64,000 nucleotides of DNA from Nanobdellota archaeon (GTDB taxonomy: Archaea > Nanobdellota > Nanobdellia > Woesearchaeales > UBA10107), in assembly GCA_042571125.1 (NCBI GenBank), contig JBHPFU010000001.1, positions 259,230-323,229 of the forward strand, written 5' to 3'. The notes under the pieces are model-generated. The model was given only the letters and a program-made list of their open reading frames with translations. It was not told the DNA's origin and did not search any database. Positions 57,938 through 64,000 of this stretch are shown piece by piece. Position numbers and translations under genes: made by a program. Position 1 is the first letter of the stretch, and each line of letters opens with the position of its first letter.

Positions 57938-58990
57938 ATGGATAACGGGGAGTACTATTCAAAGATTTTCTTTATAATTGTGTTTGCAGTACTTACATTT
58001 GCAGCACTTTGGATAATAAAACCATTTATAATTATCCTGCTTGGTGCAGGCCTGTTAGCATACGTATCTAACCCGGTTTATAGCAGATTGCTTAAGAAAA
58101 CAAAGAGCAAAGGCCTTTCAGCAACCATTATCCTATTAATAATTATTTTGCTGCTTGCAGTACCTTTTGTTTCACTTACCCAGACCGTATCAAAAGAAGG
58201 AGTTCAACTTTACTTGCTTACAAAACAGAAAATAGCAACAGGAAAGATAATAGATATTGAGTGTTCAGAAGAAGACACCTCGCTTGGTTGCAGTATAAAT
58301 AAAAACGTACAAGAGTTTGTTTCAGATACAAGAAACAAGTTTTATCTTGAAAATGTGCTTAGCAAAGGAGCAAACTTTATTGTAGATAAATCATCAGATT
58401 TTCTTTTAATGCTCCCTCAAATAATCCTATTCTTATTTGTTATGTTATTCACAGTGTTCTACCTTCTTACAGACAGCAAGAATTTTATTGAACAAGTTAA
58501 ATCATGGATTCCTTTAAAAGAATCCCATAAAGAAATGATATTCAAACAATTTGCGAACCTAACTCATGCAACAGTATATGGACAGTTTGTTGTTGCTTTG
58601 ATACAGGGTGGTCTTGGCGCACTTGTGTATCTCGCTCTGGGCATAAGTTCTCCAATAATCTGGGGCCTATTAACCGCATTCTTTGCATTATTGCCTGTTC
58701 TTGGTACAGCAATAATTTGGGTTCCTTTAGCGATTAATCTATTAATAAACGGATTCATCATAAAAGGTATTATTTTATTGCTGCTTGGTACATTCGTGAT
58801 ATCACTTATTGATAATATCTTAAAACCAAGAATAATAGGAAAAAGAACAAAATTACATCCTGTTTTAGTTCTTGTAGGGGTTGTTGGCGGACTTATAACA
58901 ATGGGTCTGATAGGTATAGTTCTTGGTCCTTTGATATTTTCTCTATTGATTAGTTTTGTCGAAGTATATCACAAAGAAAAAAGAAGATGA
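57938..58990 (+). CDS. AI-2E family transporter
   Basis: LAYVSNPVY, FYLLTD, LPVLGTAIIWVP, IDNILKPRIIG, LHP, GIVLGP. Confidence 0.92.
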   Translation: MDNGEYYSKIFFIIVFAVLTFAALWIIKPFIIILLGAGLLAYVSNPVYSRLLKKTKSKGLSATIILLIIILLLAVPFVSLTQTVSKEGVQLYLLTKQKIATGKIIDIECSEEDTSLGCSINKNVQEFVSDTRNKFYLENVLSKGANFIVDKSSDFLLMLPQIILFLFVMLFTVFYLLTDSKNFIEQVKSWIPLKESHKEMIFKQFANLTHATVYGQFVVALIQGGLGALVYLALGISSPIIWGLLTAFFALLPVLGTAIIWVPLAINLLINGFIIKGIILLLLGTFVISLIDNILKPRIIGKRTKLHPVLVLVGVVGGLITMGLIGIVLGPLIFSLLISFVEVYHKEKRR

Positions 58991-59035
58991 AACAACGAAA
59001 ATTTTATAAATTTTCGAGCTTCATTTATAACTAAA

Positions 59036-60532
59036 ATGAAATTAAAAGTTAAAGATATGGACATCGCTACTGGCGGAGTTTTTATTGTCTTAATACACAA
59101 AAAAGATGCAGGCTTATTAGACTTGCATCCTTTGGACAGAGTTCTTGTTAAAAAAGGAAATAAGAAAACAGTTGCAGTTGTGGATATTGCAGAATCTAAA
59201 AAAGCTACACCTCCGGGTTCTGTAGGATTATTTGAAGAAGTAATAAAATGTTTAGGCGCTAAACGAGGAGATACTGTAGATATCTTAATTGAAAAAAAAC
59301 CTAAATCAGTTAGGTGGATTAAAGAAAAATTAAAAGGCATGGAACTAAGTTCAAAAAAGATAAGCGATATCATGAATGATATTGCTAACAATGCTCTCAC
59401 AAATATAGAATTAACATATTATGTTGCTGCTAATTACACTCACGGAATGAGCGCAAAAGAAGAGATAGCATTAACAAAAGCAATGATAAATACGGGCAAT
59501 AAGCTTAATTTTGACCATGCAACTATCGCAGATAAGCATTGTACTGGCGGAGTTGCAGGGAACAGAACAACAATGTGCATTGTTCCAATCCTAACTGCAG
59601 CAGGGATTAAGATGCCTAAGACATCATCAAGAGCGATTACATCTCCAGCAGGTACGGCAGACACAATGGAAGTACTAGCACCTGTTTCTTTGCCTTTGAA
59701 AAAGCTTAAGCAGATTGTTGATAAGGTTAAGGGATGTATAATTTGGGGAGGATCTGTCAATCTTTCTCCTGCTGACGATAAGATAATCGCTGTTGAACAT
59801 CCTCTTCAGATTGATCCAGAAGGGCAATTACTAGCTTCCATATTATCCAAGAAAGGTTCTGTTGGATCTAAATATGTTCTTATTGATATTCCTTTAGGAA
59901 GAGAAACCAAGATTAAGACAAGAAAAAAAGCATTACGCCTGGAAAGAAAATTCGAAAAGATTGGAAAAGCCCTGGGGATGAAAATAAAAGTTATACTAAC
60001 AAATGGAAACCAGCCGATAGGTTCTGGAATCGGTCCTGCTCTTGAAGCTCGTGACTGTTTGTATATCTTAAGTAGAGATAAGAAAAGACCATTAGATCTT
60101 GAGAAGAAAGTAATAGACATGGCCGGGATGTTATTTGAGATGGTTGGCAAAACAAAAAAAGGATGCGGAGCAGACCTTGCAACTTCTATTTTAGAATCTG
60201 GTAAAGCATACAAACAGATGAAAAGGATTATCAAAGCACAGGGAGGAAATCCTAACATTGTTCCAGGAAGGATTAAGATTGGAAAAGTTAAGAAAGACAT
60301 AATCGCTAAAAAATCAGGAATAGTTAAAGATGTTAACAATCTTGGAATCTCAAAAGCTGCAAGAGTTGCAGGCGCTCCTCAAGATAAAGGCGCAGGAATT
60401 TATTTGTATAAACATGAAGGAGATAAAGTAAAGAAAGGAGAAAAAATATTAACTGTTTACGCTTATAACAAAGAAAAATTGAAGTACGCTTTGGATATGT
60501 TAAACTCTTTTCAAACACCTATAGTGAAGTAA
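59036..60532 (+). CDS. AMP phosphorylase (archaeal thymidine-phosphorylase family)
   Basis: N-terminal extension, DKHCTGGVAGN, PKTSSRAITSPAGTADTME, QPIGSGIGPALEA, AGAPQDKGAG. Confidence 0.92.
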   Translation: MKLKVKDMDIATGGVFIVLIHKKDAGLLDLHPLDRVLVKKGNKKTVAVVDIAESKKATPPGSVGLFEEVIKCLGAKRGDTVDILIEKKPKSVRWIKEKLKGMELSSKKISDIMNDIANNALTNIELTYYVAANYTHGMSAKEEIALTKAMINTGNKLNFDHATIADKHCTGGVAGNRTTMCIVPILTAAGIKMPKTSSRAITSPAGTADTMEVLAPVSLPLKKLKQIVDKVKGCIIWGGSVNLSPADDKIIAVEHPLQIDPEGQLLASILSKKGSVGSKYVLIDIPLGRETKIKTRKKALRLERKFEKIGKALGMKIKVILTNGNQPIGSGIGPALEARDCLYILSRDKKRPLDLEKKVIDMAGMLFEMVGKTKKGCGADLATSILESGKAYKQMKRIIKAQGGNPNIVPGRIKIGKVKKDIIAKKSGIVKDVNNLGISKAARVAGAPQDKGAGIYLYKHEGDKVKKGEKILTVYAYNKEKLKYALDMLNSFQTPIVK

Positions 60533-60533
60533 G

Positions 60534-61118
60534 ATGGCATGGACATTAAGGCAAGAAGTAAATAGGAAGATTTTTCACCTGAGTGCGGTATTTATTTTAA
60601 TCGCTTATAATTATCTCTTTAATACTTTCGGAAAAACAACCGCGATGTTTTCTTTACTCGGATTTCTTGTTTTAGTTTTATTTCATGAATATCTCAGAAT
60701 AGACTTGAAATTAAAAACACCATTTGTGAAACTAACAAGAAAACATGAACAGAACACTATGGCTTCTTCAGTATATTTTATTTTAGCTATTATAGTCTGC
60801 TTTGCTCTTTTTGATTTTAAGATTGCCAACATTGCGATTTTGATTACAATATTCTCTGATGTTATTGTTTCTTTAGTCGGAGGAAAATTCAAAATAAAAG
60901 GAAGACTTATGTTTAAAACAAGAACAGTAGAAGCAGTTGCTGCTGCATTCTTAGTAAACTTTGCGATTGGTTATTTTATATTGCCTAATCTTTTAATCAT
61001 CTCTACGATGAGCATTGTTGCAATATTAATAGAAATTCTTACGCATAAAGTAGAAGATAATCTTTCTGTTCCAATTATAACTGGCCTTGTAGGTCAAGTC
61101 TTGCTAATGCTTCTTTAG
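60534..61118 (+). CDS. Dolichol/phytol kinase-like (CTP-dependent) membrane protein
   Basis: EVNRKIFH, RKHE, FSD..SLVG, EDNLSVP. Confidence 0.75.
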   Translation: MAWTLRQEVNRKIFHLSAVFILIAYNYLFNTFGKTTAMFSLLGFLVLVLFHEYLRIDLKLKTPFVKLTRKHEQNTMASSVYFILAIIVCFALFDFKIANIAILITIFSDVIVSLVGGKFKIKGRLMFKTRTVEAVAAAFLVNFAIGYFILPNLLIISTMSIVAILIEILTHKVEDNLSVPIITGLVGQVLLMLL

Positions 61119-61199
61119 TGGTTTTTTTAGCTATTTTATATAGATATTCACCACTCTCTAATAGCAAGGTTTATATATATAATTAATATATCTGGCCTT

Positions 61200-62576
61200 A
61201 TGGGGGGCCAGAAAACCATATTTACGGGTTTGGATTATTTTGAAGATCCGCATCACCTAGTTATCGGAAGAACTCACATAAATACTCCTGATTATAAAGT
61301 CCATCACCTTCACAAGATAGTACCTTCTAAAATCAAAGAATTTGTTGAACACTTAAGCACTGTACATTCTCTTAAAACCGATATTAATTACTTTCCTGCT
61401 GATACAGAATATGGCTGTCTTGAAGGATTGGTCAGAACAGTAATGGGAGACAAACCAATAGAAGAGATGTCAACTCTAAATCAAAACGAAGACAATCTTC
61501 AATATGTTATGCGATGTTTTGGAGTAGCACCAGAACTATTCGAACTTTTCTTAAGTATTGAATATTCAAACGCATTGGGCAAGCTAGATTTTTCAAATGG
61601 ATTCGAATTAATCGGAGCAATAACTCAGTTTTCTTTGGTAGGAAAAAGTAAATATCCTGGAATAGACCCAAATCGATTAGCAGAGACTAAAAAAAAGATA
61701 ACTCATGAACTTATCCTACCCGGCATGATCGGGGGAGGAGATTTATTGAAGGCTACTAAAGAATTCCAAAAATATAGAGAACTTGTTATGGCATATGAAT
61801 TTATGCAGGATGATATTATGGAATTTATGAAAGCTGCAAAAGGAAAAATAGGAGTTCTTTTACCGCTTCCTTATGCAAAAAAAATGAAAGCAATGCTTGA
61901 AGGAAGATTATTAGAAGAGCCAGAGATATGGGATCAACACAAAGATGAGATGAATGAAGAAACAGTTGGTGTGATTGATATGCTTGAAGCGGTTATCTCT
62001 GGAGATGATCCAAAGTCTATAGACAGACCTGGCGATTGGCATAATGAGGGAAGACCCGGACCTTTGGGGGATAGAAGAGATCAAAGATCTTTTGAATGGG
62101 ATCAAAAGTATGGCATGGGTAATTGGAGACTTGTTTGGAAGTGGGCAGATGATCAGAGCGAAAAATATCTTTCATTTGAAAGGGCATGCAAAGAATTTGA
62201 AGGTGCGTATAGTGCAGATTTTTCATCTAATCCAGAAAAATGGAAAGAATTAGCAAGAGAAGCAAGAGAGGTTTATGATATTGAAGAAAGAGATATTGAT
62301 TCTGGGTTAGATTATATGGTTCAGAAAGGGAGGGCAAATCATATTCAAGATATTGCAATAAGAAACGTTCTTAAGAAGAATGGATTGCAATTCACAGGCG
62401 ATAAGTTAGCTCAAGTTAGAGGAGCAAGAACAAAATGGGGTTCTTTATTCAGCCCGACCAGGATTATGTTTCATAAACCGCATCAAATTAAGATGCCTCA
62501 CTTAATTAATTACTGTCATCCTCAGTCTACAGAAGCATTCTGGCAGAACAATAAATACTTGCAGGTGAGAAGATAA
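61200..62576 (+). CDS. Hypothetical protein (apparently two domains)
   Basis: 458 aa; Trp-rich C-terminal domain (YGMGNWRLVW, HIQDIAIRN, STEAFWQNNKYL). Confidence 0.6.
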   Translation: MGGQKTIFTGLDYFEDPHHLVIGRTHINTPDYKVHHLHKIVPSKIKEFVEHLSTVHSLKTDINYFPADTEYGCLEGLVRTVMGDKPIEEMSTLNQNEDNLQYVMRCFGVAPELFELFLSIEYSNALGKLDFSNGFELIGAITQFSLVGKSKYPGIDPNRLAETKKKITHELILPGMIGGGDLLKATKEFQKYRELVMAYEFMQDDIMEFMKAAKGKIGVLLPLPYAKKMKAMLEGRLLEEPEIWDQHKDEMNEETVGVIDMLEAVISGDDPKSIDRPGDWHNEGRPGPLGDRRDQRSFEWDQKYGMGNWRLVWKWADDQSEKYLSFERACKEFEGAYSADFSSNPEKWKELAREAREVYDIEERDIDSGLDYMVQKGRANHIQDIAIRNVLKKNGLQFTGDKLAQVRGARTKWGSLFSPTRIMFHKPHQIKMPHLINYCHPQSTEAFWQNNKYLQVRR

Positions 62577-63331
62577 TGGACATTATACGTGTAAAAGTTA
62601 AAGGACCCAGCAATACTAACAGGGGATATACGTATGCAATAGATGAAGTTACAGGAAGGAATTATTTTATTGCAAATTTTGGTTCTAGTAACTATCGGGG
62701 ATATGTAGATATTGTACGTAAAAACGGCAATAAAGTAACGCTTGCTACAGGTAGAGAAGTAGAAGAGCATAAAGCTAAAGTAGAGGAAGAAAAAAAAGCA
62801 AAGGAGATAGATGATGCTAACTCAAGCCCGTTATACAAACTTATTGAGCCAGTAAAAAGAGAACAAATAGAACAATTTGGTGATAGAAACAAACCTGATT
62901 CTTATGAAACTAAAATGCTTAGTCTTAAGCAAGGAAAGGTTGAAGAATTATTAAAAGAAGATGCTCCTGCAAGACATGTCGTAAGTGCTATATTATCCAT
63001 AGATGAGTTTATGTTTCCAGAATCACAGGGATGCCATCCGGAAACTAAAGACACGATCAGGTTTACTGATTATCAAGATTGGCACATATTCAAAAGAATT
63101 GATCAATTGAAAGAATTTGGGTTATTAGACGATGTTAAATACCATACTGGAACAGGGTGGTGCTTTAATTCAGAGCTTGTTTACAAGCCAGTTGAGGGGG
63201 AGGGCAATTATTCTTCAACACATGCTTGGCGTCCTGGATTTTACCCTAATAAGGGATTAAGAAATGCTTTATTTGGTGTGATGCTTCCTTTTGAAGATTG
63301 TTCAGCACACGTTATTGAAAAAGGGCGTTAA
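62576..63331 (+). CDS. Hypothetical protein
   Basis: TAATG overlap and AGGTGA RBS. Confidence 0.6.
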   Translation: MDIIRVKVKGPSNTNRGYTYAIDEVTGRNYFIANFGSSNYRGYVDIVRKNGNKVTLATGREVEEHKAKVEEEKKAKEIDDANSSPLYKLIEPVKREQIEQFGDRNKPDSYETKMLSLKQGKVEELLKEDAPARHVVSAILSIDEFMFPESQGCHPETKDTIRFTDYQDWHIFKRIDQLKEFGLLDDVKYHTGTGWCFNSELVYKPVEGEGNYSSTHAWRPGFYPNKGLRNALFGVMLPFEDCSAHVIEKGR

Positions 63332-63362
63332 TTTTATATAGTTTCTAACAAATGTGATTATT

Positions 63363-63677
63363 ATGAGTATTGAAGGCAAAAGAAAGGATATAGAAGTTAT
63401 GAAAAAAGAAGTTAAGGCTACTCTTGAGGATCTTCAAAGAGCTCAGAAAAAAGGAGATATGAAAAAGACTGAAAAATTAACAGAAAAACTTTATTCTTTG
63501 AACTCTAAACTTAAGAAAAAAGGAGAAGAGTTAGGAAAATTAGAAAGTAAAGAAACACAGTCTGAACCTAGCCCAAATGTAGGGCCTAGTCAACCAGGAA
63601 GTTTCAAGAAAGCCTTGGTTTGGATATTGGTTATTATTGTTATTCTTGTGATAGCTATATTGGTGAAATCAGCATGA
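63363..63677 (+). CDS. Coiled-coil protein with C-terminal TM anchor
   Basis: K/E-rich heptads followed by ALVWILVIIVILVIAILV. Confidence 0.7.
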   Translation: MSIEGKRKDIEVMKKEVKATLEDLQRAQKKGDMKKTEKLTEKLYSLNSKLKKKGEELGKLESKETQSEPSPNVGPSQPGSFKKALVWILVIIVILVIAILVKSA

Positions 63678-64000
63678 TAGATCTAACAGAGTTACTAATG
63701 CCGCAAGATTATTCAGGACGGAGAATTTATCATTTTGAATCTATCGCAGAGATGAGAGAGAAATGTCAAGATGCTCATAGTTGTCTTGCATTCCTTGAGG
63801 ATGTTGTTTACAGAGATGCAAGAAAAGCGTGGTCTGAAATCTGTAATTATGAACATAAAGGAAAATTCAAAAAAGATGAATGTATTATTAAAGATGCTGA
63901 GGGAGATGAATATATTTGGGCATTTGATAAATCTGCAAATACTTTAGTTAAAAAGTTAACAAAAAAGATTATCACCGAGGTTTATTCAGATGGAGAGACT
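63674..64000 (+). CDS. Hypothetical protein, runs off the window end
   Basis: ATGA overlap, GGTGA RBS; open frame MIDLTELLMPQDYSGRRIYHF... to the end of the window. Confidence 0.6.
   Translation, partial: MIDLTELLMPQDYSGRRIYHFESIAEMREKCQDAHSCLAFLEDVVYRDARKAWSEICNYEHKGKFKKDECIIKDAEGDEYIWAFDKSANTLVKKLTKKIITEVYSDGET

Noticed and set aside
59036-60532. AMP phosphorylase as a novelty
   Set aside because: The nucleoside-salvage (AMP phosphorylase/R15P isomerase/RuBisCO) route is already well described in DPANN archaea.

Overview
AT-rich, densely packed archaeal chromosome segment, most consistent with a DPANN archaeon of the Woesearchaeota/Nanobdellota type. This is inferred from archaeal core genes (eS17, eS1, Alba, proteasome alpha/beta, aCPSF1/FttA, Pop5-SBDS-exosome-Rpo6 superoperon, Bud32, type II MetAP, AMP phosphorylase), TATA/BRE promoters, intron-containing tRNAs, and bacterial-type gyrB, lgt and cold-shock genes. 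There are four tRNAs (Arg-TCG and Leu-TAA with introns, Thr-GGT, Val-GAC). I found no CRISPR array, integrase or transposase. The most striking signal is a possible export/envelope system. It includes a bacterial-type Lgt next to extracytoplasmic thiol-redox genes and several unrelated proteins sharing a near-identical 'MKKP..xTC' leader cassette (two secreted JAB/JAMM-like paralogs and a TPR lipoprotein). It also includes a tRNA-flanked surface-protein operon headed by a protein whose C-terminal half looks like a Gram-negative-style beta-barrel. Other highlights are a HisRS fused to an N-terminal ribbon-helix-helix domain with two phased palindromes over its own promoter, a thymidylate synthase homologue lacking the catalytic Cys coupled to a large wHTH protein, a shortened AroA-like protein, and several small ORFs missed by the ORF track. 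All functional calls come from motif reading only; no searches were run.
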